From Malacoraja senta (lineage: Eukaryota): a stretch of DNA of 64,000 nucleotides. Within the stretch, counting starts at the first letter, position 1; the number at the start of each line of letters is the position of its first letter. The notes beneath the pieces were generated by a model, which saw only the letters and a program-made list of their open reading frames with translations, did not search any database and was not told the DNA's origin. The stretch covers positions 24,492,001 through 24,556,000 of the forward strand of contig CM075987.1 of assembly GCA_038087875.1 (NCBI GenBank), in the 5' to 3' direction. This document shows, piece by piece, positions 63,663 through 64,000 of the stretch. Made by a program: the position numbers and the translations under genes.

Positions 63663-64000
63663 ATTGAAATATATATATATATATATATATATTTCATTCT
63701 TGGTCTCGTCTGTGATTCTGAGCAATTGCAGTCACACGGGAAAAGTGCAAAAATGTAAATCTCATGCAATGGCCAAATTGTGTTGCCAGGCTATCTGCTT
63801 GTGTGAGTGTATTATGGCTCCGTTCTCAGCTTGGAGCTGCATCAATGCTCCAAGATCTTTCAATGGGGAGATAAAAATCAGAGTTAATCATGGCGTAGCC
63901 AATATGCTGAGCCCTTTGGCTGGATTGGCATAATAAATCAAGTACTTATGAGCAATTATGGAATTAGATTCCATGCAGAGAAAAACTGGCAAAGCTCTGG

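Noticed and set aside
1..64000. Neighbouring ASTN2 exons (FTLYAVD...CPLVDD; ...VDEYTDTDLYT) and the nested TRIM32 gene
   Set aside because: Not found by eye and probably outside the window. A TBLASTN would be decisive.

Overview
Repeat-dense intronic DNA from a cartilaginous fish, most likely a skate or ray, inferred from the HE1/V-SINE and HER1-like CR1 repeat content. The only host coding sequence found is one 142-nt minus-strand exon of astrotactin-2 (ASTN2) at 25574-25715, so the rest of the window is probably the two flanking introns. It is filled with 5'-truncated CR1 LINEs, tRNA-derived V-SINEs, Penelope (GIY-YIG) remnants and their fold-back derivatives, Rex1/L2/Tx1 fragments, Harbinger and hAT/P-type MITEs, microsatellites and two 200-N gaps with duplicated flanks. 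The most notable observation is a ~200-nt non-autonomous retroposon (47973-49046, minus strand, 10-bp TSD, GAA tail). Its first nucleotide is the G1 of a 65-nt CPEB3/HDV-like ribozyme fold, in the same orientation as the ASTN2 pre-mRNA. A second observation is an abundant family of Penelope-derived hairpin elements carrying minimal hammerhead ribozyme cores. Repeat boundaries were read by eye and are approximate unless a TSD is given. No database searches were run.
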